A DNA stretch of 64,000 nucleotides from Octopus sinensis (Eukaryota): assembly GCF_006345805.1 (NCBI RefSeq), contig NW_021831832.1, forward strand, positions 1 through 64,000. Reading direction: 5' to 3'. The notes beneath the pieces were generated by a model. The model made no database searches. It saw only the letters and a program-made list of their open reading frames with translations, and was not told the origin of the DNA. The position numbers and the translations under genes are program-made. Below are positions 13,901-26,991 of the stretch, one piece after another (position 1 is the stretch's first letter; each line of letters begins with the position of its first letter).

Positions 13901-16900
13901 CCATTCGAGCATGATCGTTGCCAGTGTTACCAGACTGGCTCCTGTGCCAGAGGCATGTAAAAGCACCATTTGAGCATGGTCGATGCCTGACTGGCTACTG
14001 TGCCAGTGGAACATAAAAACACCATTCAAGTGTGGTCATTACCAGTGGCATGTACAAAGCACCATTCGAGCATGATCGTTGCCAGTGTTACCAGACAGGC
14101 TCCTGTGCCAGTGGCATGTAAAAAGCACCATTTGAGCATGGTCGATGCCTGACTGGCTCCTGTGCCAGTGACACATAAAAACACCATTCAAGTGTGGTCA
14201 TTACCAGTGGCATGTAAAAAGCACCATTCGAGCATGATCGTTGCCAGTGTTACCAGACTGGCTCCTGTGCCAGTGACATGTAAAAAGCACCATTTGAGCA
14301 TGGTCGATGCCTGACTGGCTACTGTGCCAGTGGCACATAAAAACACTATTCAAGTGTGGTCATTGCCAGTGGCATGTAAAAAGCACCATTCGAACATGAT
14401 CGTTGCCAGTGTTACCAGACTGGCTCCTGTGCCAGAGGCATGTAAAAAGCACCATTTGAGCATGGTCGATGCCTGACTGGCTACTGTGCCAGTGGCACAT
14501 AAAAACACCATTCAAGTGTGGTCATTGCCAGTGGCATGTAAAAAGCACCATTCGAGCATGATCGTTGCCAGTGTTACCAGACTGGCTCCTGTGCCAGTGG
14601 CATGTAAGAAGCACCATTTGAGCATGGTCGATGCCTGACTGGCTACTGTGCCAGTGGCACATAAAAACACCATTCAAGTGTGGTCATTGCCAGTGGCATG
14701 TAAAAAGCACCATTCGAGCATGATCGTTGCCAGTGTTACCAGACTGGCTCCTGTGCCAGTGGCATGTAAAAAGCACCATTTGAGCATGGTCGATGCTGAC
14801 TGGCTCCTGTGCCAGTGACACATAAAAACACCATTCAAATGTGGTCATTGCCACTGGCATGTAAAAAGCACCATTTGAGCATGGTCGATGCCTGACTGGC
14901 TGCTGTGCCAGTGACACATAAAAACACGATTCAAGTGTGGTCATTGCCAGTGGCATGTAAAAAGCACCATTCGAGCATGGTCGATGCCTGACTGGCTCCT
15001 GTGCCAGTGACACATAAAAACACCATTCAAGTGTGGTCATTGCCAGTGGCATGTAAAAAGCACCATTTGAGCATGGTCGATGCCTGACTGGCTGCTGTGC
15101 CAGTGACACATAAAAACACGATTCAAGTGTGGTCATTGCCAGTGGCATGTAAAAAGCACCATTCGAGCATGATCGTTGCCAGTGTTACCAGACTGGCTCC
15201 TGTGCCAGAGGCATGTAAAAAGCACCATTTGAGCATGGTCGATACCTGACTGGCTCCTGTGCCAGTGACACATAAAAACCCCATTCAAGTGTGGTCATTG
15301 CCAGTGGCATGTAAAAAGCACCATTCGAGCATGATCGTTGCCAGTGTTACCAGACTGGCTCCTGTGCCAGAGGCATGTAAAAAGCACCATTTGAGCATGG
15401 TCGATACCTGACTGGCTCCTGTGCCAGTGACACATAAAAACCCCATTCAAGTGTGGTCATTGCCAGTGGCATGTAAAAAGCACCATTCGAGCATGATCGT
15501 TGCCAGTGTTACCAGACTGGCTCCTGTGCCAGAGGCATGTAAAAAGCACCATTTGAGCATGGTCGATACCTGACTGGCTCCTGTGCCAGTGACACATAAA
15601 AACCCCATTCAAGTGTGGTCATTGCCAGTGGCATGTAAAAAGCACCATTCGAGCATGATCGTTGCCAGTGTTACCAGAGTGGCTCCTGTGCCAGAGGCAT
15701 GTAAAAAGCACCATTTGAGCATGGTCGATACCTGACTGGCTCCTGTGCCAGTGATACATAAAAACCCCATTCAAGTGTGGTCATTACCAGTGGCATGTAA
15801 AAGCACCATTCGAGCATGATCGTTGCCAGTGTTACCAGACTGGCTCCTGTGCCAGAGGCATGTAAAAAGCACCATTTGAGCATGGTCGATACCTGACTGG
15901 CTCCTGTGCCAGTGACACATAAAAACACCATTCAAGTGTCGTCATTGCCAGTGGCATGTAAAAAGCACCATTCGAGCATGATCGTTGCCAGTGTTACCAG
16001 ACTGGCTCCTGTGCCAGTGACATGTAAAAAGCACCATTTGAGCATGGTCGATGCCTGACTGGCTCCTGTGCCAGTGGCATGTAAAAAGCACCATTTGAGC
16101 ATGGTCGATGCCTGACTGGCTCCTGTGCCAGTGGCACATAAAAACACCATTCAAGTGTGGTCATTGCCAGTGGCATGTAAAAAGCACCATTCGAGCATGA
16201 TCGTTGCCAGTGTTACCAGACTGGCTCCTGTGCCAGTGTCATGTAAAAGCACCATTTGAGCATGGCCGATGCCTGACTGGCTCCTGTGCCAGTGGGACAT
16301 AAAAACACCATTCAAGTGTGGTCATTGCCAGTGGCATGTAAAAAGCACCATTCGAGCATGATCGTTGCCAGTGTTACCAGACTGGCTCCTGTGCCAGTGG
16401 CATGTAAAAAGCACCATTTGAGCATGGTCGATACCTGACTGGCTCCTGTGCCAGTGACACATAAAAACACCATTCAAGTGTGGTCATTGCCAGTGGCATG
16501 TAAAAAGCACCATTCGAGCATGATCGTTGCCAGTGTTACCAGACTGGCTCCTGTGCCAGTGGCATGTAAAAAGCACCATTTGAGCATGGCCGATGCCTGA
16601 CTGGCTCCTGTGCCAGTGGCACATAAAAACACCATTCAAGTGTGGTCATTGCCAGTGGCATGTAAAAAGCACCATTCGAGCATGATCGTTGCCAGTGTTA
16701 CCAGACTGGCTCCTGTGCCAGTGACACATAAAAACACCATTCAAGTGTGGTCATTGCCAGTGGCATGTAAAAAGCACCATTCGAGCATGATCGTTGCCAG
16801 TGTTACCAGACTGGCTCCTGTGCCAGTGGCATGTAAAAAGCACCATTTGAGCATGGTCGATGCCTGACTGGCTCCTGTGCCAGTGACACATAAAAACACC

Positions 16901-19900
16901 ATTCAAGTGTGGTCATTGCCAGTGGCATGTAAAAAGCACCATTCGAGCATGATCGTGCCAGTGTTACCAGACTGGCTCCTGTGCCAGTGGCACATAAAAA
17001 CACCATTCAAGTGTGGTCATTGCCAGTGGCATGTAAAAGCACCATTCGAGCATGATCGTTGCCAGTGTTACCAGACTGGCTCCTGTGCCAGTGGCACATA
17101 AAAACACACCATTCAAGTGTGGTCATTGCCAGTGGCATGTAAAAAGCACCATTCGAGCATGATCGTTGCCAGTGTTACCAGACTGGCTCCTGTGCCAGTG
17201 ACACATAAAAACACCATTCAAGTGTGGTCATTGCCAGTGGCATGTAAAAAGCACCATTCGAGCATGATCGTTGCCAGTGTTACCAGACTGGCTCCTGTGC
17301 CAGTGGCATGTAAAAAGCACCATTTGAGCATGGTCGATACCTGACTGGCTCCTGTGCCAGTGACACATAAAAACACCATTCAAGTGTGGTCATTGCCAGT
17401 GGCATGTAAAAAGCACCATTCGAGCATGATCGTTGCCAGTGTTACCAGACTGGCTCCTGTGCCAGTGACATGTAAAAAGCACCATTTGAGCATGGCCGAT
17501 GCCTGACTGGCTGCTGTGCCAGTGACACATAAAAACACCATTCAAGTGTGGTCATTGCCAGTGGCATGTAAAAGCACCATTCGAGCATGATCGTTGCCAG
17601 TGTTACCAGACTGGCTCCTGTGCCAGTGACACATAAAAACACCATTCAAGTGTGGTCATTGCCAGTGGCATGTAAAAAGCACCATTTGAGCATGGTCGAT
17701 GCCAGTGTTACCAGACTGGCTCCTGTGCCAGTGACATGTAAAAAGCACCATTTGAGCATGGCCGATGCCTGACTGGCTGCTGTGCCAGTGACACATAAAA
17801 ACACCATTCAATGTGGTCATTGCCAGTGGCATGTAAAAGCACCATTCGAGCATGATCGTTGCCAGTGTTACCAGACTGGCTCCTGTGCCAGTGACACATA
17901 AAAACACCATTCAAGTGTGGTCATTGCCACTGGCATGTAAAAAGCACCTTTTGAGCATGGTCGATGCCTGACTGGCTCCTGTGCCAGTGACACATAAAAA
18001 CACCATTCAAGTGTAGTCATTGCCAGTGGCATGTAAAAAGCACCATTCGAGCATGATCGTTGCCAGTGTTACCAGACTGGCTCCTGTGCCAGTGGCATGT
18101 AAAAAGCACCATTTGAGCATAGTCGATGCCTGACTGGCTCCTGTGCCAGTGACACATCAAAACACCATTCAAGTGTGGTCATTGCCAGTGGCATGTAAAA
18201 AGCACCATTCGAGCATGGTCGATGCCTGACTGGCTCCTGTGCCAGTGACACATAAAAACACCATTCAAGTGTGGTCATTGCCAGTGGCATGTAAAAAGCA
18301 CCATTCGAGCATGGTCGATGCCTGACTGGCTGCTGTGCCAGTGGCACATAAAAACACCATTCAAGTGTGGTCATTGCCAGTGGCATGTAAAAGCACCATT
18401 CGAGCATGATCGTTGCCAGTGTTACCAGACTGGCTCCTGTGCCAGTGACATGTAAAAAGCACCGTTTGAGCATGGTCGATGCCTGACTGGCTCCTGTGCC
18501 AGTGACACATAAAAACACCATTCAAGTGTGGTCATTGCCAGTGGCATGTAAAAAGCACCATTCGAGCATGATCGTTGCCAGTGTTACCAGACTGGCTCCT
18601 GTGCCAGTGACATGTAAAAAGCACCGTTTGAGCATGGTCGATGCCTGACTGGCTGCTGTGCCAGTGGCACATAAAAACACCATTCAAGTGTGGTCATTGC
18701 CAGTGGCATGTAAAAAGCACCATTCGAGCATGATCGTTGCCAGTGTTACCAGACTGGCTCCTGTGCCAGTGACATGTAAAAAGCACCATTCGAGCATGGT
18801 CGATGCCTGACTGGCTCCTGTGCCAGTGACACATAAAAACACCATTCAAGTGTGGTCATTGCCAGTGGCATGTAAAAAGCACCATTCGAGCATGATCGTT
18901 GCCAGTGTTACCAGACTGGCTCCTGTGCCAGTGACATGTAAAAAGCACCGTTTGAGCATGGTCGATGCCTGACTGGCTCCTGTGCCAGTGACACATAAAA
19001 ACACCATTCAAGTGTGGTCATTGCCAGTGGCATGTAAAAAGCACCATTCGAGCATGATCGTTGCCAGTGTTACCAGACTGTCTCCTGTGCCAGTGGCATG
19101 TAAAAAGCACCATTTGAGCATGGCCGATGCCTGACTGGCTCCTGTGCCAGTGGCACATAAAAACACCATTCAAGTGTGGTCATTGCCAGTGGCATGTAAA
19201 AAGCACCATTCGAGCATGATCGTTGCCAGTGTTACCAGACTGGCTCCTGTGCCAGTGACATGTAAAAAGCACCATTTGAGCATGGTCGATGGCTGACTGG
19301 CTACTGTGCCAGTGGCACATAAAAACACCATTCAAGTGTGGTCATTGCCAGTGGCATGTAAAAAGCACCATTCGAGCATGATCGTTGCCAGTGTTACCAG
19401 ACTGGCTCCTGTGCCAGTGGCATGTAAAAAGCACCATTTGAGCATAGTCGATGCCTGACTGGCTCCTGTGCCAGTGGCACATAAAAACACCATTCAAGTG
19501 TGGTCATTGCCAGTGGCATGTAAAAAGCACCATTCGAGCATGATCGTTGCCAGTGTTACCAGACTGGCTCCTGTGCCAGTGGCATGTAAAAAGCACCATT
19601 TGAGCATAGTCGATGCCTGACTGGCTACTGTGCCAGTGGCACATAAAAACACCATTCAAGTGTGGTCATTGCCAGTGGCATGTAAAAAGCACCATTCGAG
19701 CATGATCGTTGCCAGTGTTGCCAGACTGGCCCCTGTGCCAGTGGCATGTAAAAAAGCACATTTGAGCATGGTCGATGCCTGACTGGCTCCTGTGCCAGTG
19801 ACACATAAAAACACCATTCAAGTGTGGTCATTGCCAGTGGCATGTAAAAAGCCCATTCGAGCATGATCGTTGCCAGTGTTGCCAGACTGGCCCCTGTGCC

Positions 19901-22900
19901 AGTGGCATGTAAAAAGCACCATTTGAGCATGGTCGATGCCTGACTGGCTCCTGTGCCAGTGACACATAAAAGCACCATTCAAGTGTGGTCATTGCCAGTG
20001 GCATGTAAAAAGCACCATTCGAGCATGATCGTTGCCAGTGTTACCAGACTGGCCCCTGTGCCAGTGACATGTTAAAAGCACCATTTGAGCATGGTCGATG
20101 CCTGACTGGCTCCTGTGCCAGTGACACATAAAAACACCATTCAAGTGTGGTCATTGCCAGTGGCATGTAAAAGCACCATTCGAGCATGATCGTTGCCAGT
20201 GTTACCAGACTGGCCCCTGTGCCAGTGGCATGTAAAAAGCACCATTTGAGCATGGTCGATGCCTGACTGGCTCCTGTGCCAGTGGCACATAAAAACACCA
20301 TTCAAGTGTGGTCATTGCCAGTGGCATGTAAAAAGCACCATTCGAGCATGATCGTTGCCAGTGTTGCCAGACTGGCCCCTGTGCCAGTGGCATGTAAAAA
20401 GCACCATTTGAGCATGGTCGATGCCTGACTGGCTCCTGTGCCAGTGACACATAAAACACACCATTCAAGTGTGGTCATTGCCAGTGCATGTAAAAAGCAC
20501 CATTCGAGCATGATCGTTGCCAGTGTTGCCAGACTGGCCCCTGTGCCAGTGGCATGTAAAAGCACCATTTGAGCATGGTCGATGCCTGACTGGCTCCTGT
20601 GCCAGTGACACATAAAAACACATTCAAGTGTGGTCATTGCCAGTGGCATGTAAAAAGCACCATTCGAGCATAATCGTTGCCAGTGTTGCCAGACTGGCCC
20701 CTGTGCCAGTGGCATGTAAAAAGCACCATTTGAGCATGGTCGATACCTGACTGGCTCCTGTGCCAGTGACACATAAAAACACCATTCAAGTGTGGTCATT
20801 GCCAGTGGCATGTAAAAAGCACCATTCGAGCATGATCGTTGCCAGTGTTACCAGACTGGCTCCTGTGCCAGTGACATGTAAAAAGCACATTTGAGCATGG
20901 CCGATGCCTGACTGGCTGCTGTGCCAGTGACACATAAAAACACCATTCAAGTGTGGTCATTGCCAGTGGCATGTAAAAAGCACCATTCGAGCATGATCGT
21001 TGCCAGTGTTACCAGACTGGCTCCTGTGCCAGTGACACATAAAAACACCATTCAAGTGTGGTCATTGCCAGTGGCATGTAAAAAGCACCATTTGAGCATG
21101 GTCGATGCCTGACTGGCTCCTGTGCCAGTGGCACATAAAAACACCATTCAAGTGTGGTCATTGCCAGTGGCATGTAAAAAGCACCATTCGAGCATGATCG
21201 TTGCCAGTGTTACCAGACTGGCTCCTGTGCCAGTGACACATAAAAACACCATTCAAGTGTGGTCATTGCCAGTGGCATGTAAAAAGCACCATTTGAGCAT
21301 GTCGATGCCTGACTGGCTCCTGTGCCAGTGGCACATAAAAACACCATTCAAGTGTGGTCATTGCCAGTGGCATGTAAAAGCACCATTCGAGCATGATCGT
21401 TGCCAGTGTTACCAGACTGGCTCCTGTGCCAGTGACACATAAAAACCACCATTCAAGTGTAGTCATTGCCAGTGGCATGTAAAAAGCACCATTTGAGCAT
21501 GGTCGATGCCTGACTGGCTCCTGTGCCAGTGACACATAAAAACACCATTCAAGTGTGGTCATTGCCAGTGGCATGTAAAAAGCACCATTCGAGCATGATC
21601 GTTGCCAGTGTTACCAGACTGTCTCCTGTGCCAGTGACACATAAAAACACCATTCAAGTGTGGTCATTACCAGTGGCATGTAAAAGCACCATTTGAGCAT
21701 GATCGTTGCCAGTGTTACCAGACTGGCTCCTGTGCCAATGGCATGTAAAAAGCACCATTTGAGCATGGTCGATGCCTGACTGGCTCCTGTGCCAGTGACA
21801 CATAAAACACACCATTCAAGTGTGGTCATTGCCAGTGGCATGTAAAAAGCACCATTCGAGCATGGTCGATGCCTGACTGGCTCCTGTGCCAGTGACACAA
21901 AAAACACCATTCAAGTGTGGTCATTGCCAGTGGCATGTAAAAAGCACCATTCGAGCATGGTCGATGCCTGACTGGCTGCTGTGCCAGTGGCACATAAAAA
22001 CACCATTCAAGTGTGGTCATTGCCAGTGGCATGTAAAAAGCACCATTCGAGCATGGTCGATGCCTGACTGGCTGCTGTGCCAGTGGCACATAAAAACACC
22101 ATTCAAGTGTGGTCATTGCCAGTGGCATGTAAAAAGCACCATTCAAGCATGATCGTTGCCAGTGTTACCAGACTGGCTCCTGTGCCAGTGACATGTAAAA
22201 AGCACCGTTTGAGCATGGTCGATGCCTGACTGGCTCCTGTGCCAGTGACACATAAAAACACCATTCAAGTGTGGTCATTGCCAGTGGCATGTAAAAAGCA
22301 CCATTCGAGCATGATCGTTGCCAGTGTTACCAGACTGTTTCCTGTGCCAGTGGCATGTAAAAAGCACCATTTGAGCATGGCCGATGCCTGACTGGCTCCT
22401 GTGCCAGTGGCACATAAAAACACCATTCAAGTGTGGTCATTGCCAGTGGCATGTAAAAAGCACCATTCGAGCATGATCGTTGCCAGTGTTACCAGACTGG
22501 CTCCTGTGCCAGTGACATGTAAAAAGCACCATTTGAGCATGGTCGATGGCTGACTGGCTACTGTGCCAGTGGCACATAAAAACACCATTCAAGTGTGGTC
22601 ATTGCCAGTGGCATGTAAAAAGCACCATTCGAGCATGATCGTTGCCAGTGTTACCAGACTGGCTCCTGTGCCAGTGGCATGTAAAAAGCACCATTTGTGC
22701 ATAGTCGATGCCTGACTGGCTCCTGTGCCAGTGGCACATAAAAACACCATTCAAGTGTGGTCATTGCCAGTGGCATGTAAAAAGCACCATTCGAGCATGA
22801 TCGTTGCCAGTGTTACCAGACTGGCTCCTGTGCCAGTGGCATGTAAAAAGCACCATTTGAGCATAGTCGATGCCTGACTGGCTACTGTGCCAGTGGCACA

Positions 22901-25680
22901 TAAAAACACCATTCAAGTGTGGTTCATTGCCAGTGGCATGTAAAAAGCACCATTCGAGCATGATCGTTGCCAGTGTTGCCAGACTGGCCCCTGTGCCAGT
23001 GGCATGTAAAAAGCACCATTGAGCATGGTCGATGCCTGACTGGCTCCTGTGCCAGTGACATAAAAACACCATTCAAGTGTGGTCATTGCCAGTGGCATGT
23101 AAAAAGCACCATTCGAGCATGATCGTTGCCAGTGTTACCAGACTGGCCCCTGTGCCAGTGGCATGTAAAAGCACCATTTGAGCATGGTCGATGCCTGACT
23201 GGCTCCTGTGCCAGTGACACATAAAAACACCATTCAAGTGTGGTCATTGCCAGTGGCATGTAAAAAGCACCATTCGAGCATGATCGTTGCTAGTGTTGCC
23301 AGACTGGCCCCTGTGCCAGTGGCATGTAAAAGCACCATTTGAGCATGGTCGATGCCTGACTGGCTCCTGTGCCAGTGGCACATAAAAACACCATTCAAGT
23401 GTGGTCATTGCCAGTGGCAATGTAAAAAGCACCATTCGAGCATGATCGTTGCCAGTGTTGCCAGACTGGCCCCTGTGCCAGTGGCATGTAAAAGCACCAT
23501 TTGAGCATGGTCGATGCCTGACTGGCTCCTGTGTCAGTGACACATAAAAACACCATTCAAGTGTGGTCATTGCCAGTGGCATGTAAAAAGCACCATTCGA
23601 GCATGATCGTTGCCAGTGTTGCCAGACTGGCCCCTGTGCCAGTGGCATGTAAAAAGCACCATTTGAGCATGGTCGATGCCTGACTGGCTCCTGTGCCAGT
23701 GGCACATAAAAACACCATTCAAGTGTGGTCATTGCCAGTGGCATGTAAAAGCACCATTTGAGCATGGTCGATGCCTGACTGGCTCCTGTGCCAGTGACAC
23801 ATAAAAACCCATTCAAGTGTGGTCATTGCCAGTGGCATGTAAAAAAGCACATTCGAGCATGATCGTTGCCAGTGTTACCAGACTGGCTCCTGTGCCAGTG
23901 GACATGTAAAAAGCACCGTTTGAGCATGGTCGATGCCTGACTGGCTCCTGTGCCAGTGACACATAAAAACACCATTCAAGTGTGGTCATTGCCAGTGGCA
24001 TGTAAAAAGCACCATTCGAGCATGATCGTTGCCAGTGTTACCAGACTGGCTCCTGTGCCAGTGACATGTAAAAAGCACCATTTGAGCATGGTCGATGGCT
24101 GACTGGCTACTGTGCCAGTGGCACATAAAAACACCATTCAAGTGTGGTCATTGCCAGTGGCATGTAAAAAGCACCATTCGAGCATGATCGTTGCCAGTGT
24201 TGCCAGACTGGCCCCTGTGCCAGTGGCATGTAAAAAGCATCATTTGAGCATGGTCGATGCCTGACTGGCTCCTGTGCCAGTGACACATAAAAACACCATT
24301 CAAGTGTGGTCATTGCCAGTGGCATGTAAAAAGCACCATTCGAGCATGATCGTTGCCAGTGTTACCAGACTGGCTCCTGTGCCAGTGACATGTAAAAAGC
24401 ACCATTTGAGCATGGTCGATGGCTGACTGGCTACTGTGCCAGTGCACATAAAACACCATTCAAGTGTGTCATTGCCAGTGGCATGTAAAAAGCACCATTC
24501 GAGCATGATCGTTGCCAGTGTTGCCAGACTGGCCCCTGTGCCAGTGGCATAAAAAGCACCATTTGAGCAGGGTCGATGCCTGACTGGCTCCTGTGCCAGT
24601 GACACATAAAAACACCATTCAAGTGTGGTCATTGCCAGTGGCATGTAAAAGCACCATTCGAGCATGATCGTTGCCAGTGTTACCAGACTGGCTCCTGTGC
24701 CAGTGACATGTAAAAAGCACCATTTGAGCATGGTCGATGCCTGACTGGCTCCTGTGCCAGTGACACATAAAAACACCATTCAAGTGTGGTCATTGCCAGT
24801 GGCATGTAAAAAGCACCATTCGAGCATGGTCGATGCCTGACTGGCTCCTGTGCCAGTGACACATAAAAACACCATTCAAGTGTGGTCATTGCCAGTGGCA
24901 TGTAAAAAGCACCATTCGAGCATGATCGTTGCCAGTGTTACCAGACTGGCTCCTGTGCCAGTGACATGTAAAAAGCACCATTTGAGCATGGTCGATGCCT
25001 GACTGGCTCCTGTGCCAGTGACACATAAAAACACCATTGAAGTGTGGTCATTACCAGTGGCATGTACAAAGCACCATTCGAGCATGGTCGATGCCTGACT
25101 GGCTCCTGTGCCAGTGACACATAAAAACACCATTCAAGTGTGGTCATTGCCAGTGGCATGTAAAAAGCACCATTCGAGCATGATCGTTGCCAGTGTTGCC
25201 AGACTGGCTCCTGTGCCAGTGGCATGTAAAAAGCACCATTTGAGCATGGTCGATGCCTGACTGGCTCCTGTGCCAGTGGCACATAAAAACACCATTCAAG
25301 TGTGGTCATTGCCAGTGGCATGTAAAAAGCACCATTCGAGCATGATCGTTGCCAGTGTTGCCAGACTGGCCCCTGTGCCAGTGGCATGTAAATAGCACCA
25401 TTTGAGCATGGTCGATGCCTGACTGGCTCCTGTGCCAGTGACACATAAAAACACCATTCAAGTGTGGTCATTGCCAGTGGCATGTAAAAAGCACCATTCG
25501 AGCATGATCGTTGCCAGTGTTACCAGACTGGCTCCTGTGCCAGTGGCATGTAAAAAGCACCATTTGAGCATGGTCGATGCCTGACTGGCTACTGTGCCAG
25601 TGGCACATAAAAACACCATTTGAGCGTGGTCATTGCCAGTGTCACCAGACTGGCTCCTGTGCTGGTGGAACGTAAAAGCA
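4951..25680 (+). repeat. ~20.7-kb tandem satellite, 162-bp higher-order unit (A 66 bp + B 56 bp + C 40 bp), about 128 units
   Basis: A=ttcgagcatgatcgttgccagtgttaccagactggctcctgtgccagtggcatgtaaaaagcacca; B=tttgagcatggtcgatgcctgactggctcctgtgccagtgacacataaaaacacca; C=ttcaagtgtggtcattgccagtggcatgtaaaaagcacca. Repeated throughout, with occasional BC or AC skips. Confidence 0.98.
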
Positions 25681-25851
25681 CCCACTACACTCTTGAAGTG
25701 GTTGGCGTTAGGAAGGGCATCCAGCTGTAGAAACTCTGCCAGATCAAGACTGATGCCTGATGCAGCCATCTGGTTCGCTAGCCCTCAGTCAAACCATCCA
25801 ACCCATGCTAGCATGGAAAGTGGGCGTTAAACGATGATGATGATGATGATG
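25681..25851 (+). mobile_element. RTE-LINE 3' tail terminating the satellite (ccatgctagcatgg palindrome, (GAT)n end)
   Basis: cccactacac...ggaagggcatccagctgtag...cccatgctagcatgg...ttaaacgatgatgat; the same tail follows the LINE ORF at 47764-47940 on the - strand. Confidence 0.92.
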
Positions 25852-25904
25852 TTATTGAATATTGAAAATATATTGAAGATATTTCTAAACTTCTTCCATT
25901 CTAG

Positions 25905-25997
25905 TTTGAGAAAACTGTAAAGGACGCTCTAAAAGAACTGTTTGAGAAGTCGAAAAGCCCTGAACAGAAGGCGGTTGTTTCAAATCTCTTCACAAAT
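25905..25997 (+). CDS. Tetraspanin copy 1, exon 4 (EC2 helices: FEKTVKDALKELFEKSKSPEQKAVVSNLFTN)
   Basis: TTCCATTCTAG acceptor, GTGAGT donor at 25998. 31 codons; phase-0 join to exons 3 and 5. Confidence 0.85.
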
Positions 25998-26471
25998 GTG
26001 AGTAGAAGTTAAGCTTTCTGTTGTAAGATAGAATTATTGCTGGTTTGATAACTTTCTTACCTGAAAAAAAAAAAAAAAAAAAAAAATTCTAAACATTGCA
26101 AATATGAAACTTGTTAATAATTTACCAGTTCAGATTTATGTCAAGTAAACATATTTTAATTGAATGTACTTTGGTCTCTGAGTAAATGTATTTTGGCCTT
26201 GTGATTAGTTTAATATTTACAGGTTACAGATTTCAAGGCAGTAAGTTAGTAAATTTGTTACCGCTCTGGGCAAAATGTTTAGTAGCATTTTGTTCATCTT
26301 TTCTGGTTTAAATTTGGCTGAGGTCGACCTTACCTTTTATCCTTTTCGGGGTTAATAAAATAAGTACTGTTGAGAACTAGGGGTCAATGCAATCCACTTT
26401 TTCTCTCCTTCGAAATTGCTGGCCTTGTGCCAAAATTTGAAAGCAATATTTACTGATTTCTTTTGGTTTAA

Positions 26472-26691
26472 CCCTTTCATTACCAACCCGGCTGAAACCG
26501 GTCTGGCTCTGAATACAAATGTCTTGTTTTTATAAGTTTTGAATTAAAATCTTCCACCAAACCTTAGTCACAATTTATATTCCTAACACTAACTTAATGA
26601 TAACTAAGTTATTTTACTAAATTATTTGTTATATTTAAAATTAATTGAAAGAAACACAGGGCATCTCAAAATAAATACAGTAATGAAAGGG
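26472..26691. mobile_element. piggyBac-type MITE
   Basis: TTAA-ccctttcattac ... gtaatgaaaggg-TTAA: TIRs starting CCC, with TTAA TSD. Confidence 0.85.
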
Positions 26692-26991
26692 TTAATGCTA
26701 ATTAGGAACCTTAATGAACATACTGCCTTAATGATGTTATGAATTTAACTCAAATTAATGAGAATGTTTTTCAATATGTGGTTCATTAGGGCAGTGAGCG
26801 TGCAGAAAGGTTATCACACCTGGCAGTATTTCGTCTGTCTCTATGTTCTGAGCTCAAATTCCACCTAGGTTGACTTTGTCTTTCATCCTTTCGGGGTCAA
26901 TAAATAAAGTACCAGTTGTGTACTGGGGTCAATCTAATCAACTGACTCTGCTCCCTCAAAATTTCGGGCCTTGTGGTTCATTTGTACATTA

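Noticed and set aside
4975-25600. Array of NFI binding sites (TGGC...GCCA)
   Set aside because: The spacing is 6 nt (ctggc-tcctgt-gccag) rather than the canonical 5, and the outer bases do not match TTGGC/GCCAA.
4951-25680. CRISPR-like repeat/spacer appearance
   Set aside because: The intervening segments recur rather than being unique spacers, there are no cas genes, the context is a spliceosomal intron, and the unit is LINE-UTR-derived.
4909-25830. Dozens of ORFs (MPLAMTTLEWCFY..., MVFLCVTGTGASQ...)
   Set aside because: Frame-hopping translations of the satellite, with frequent indels, no conserved frame and no splice signals.
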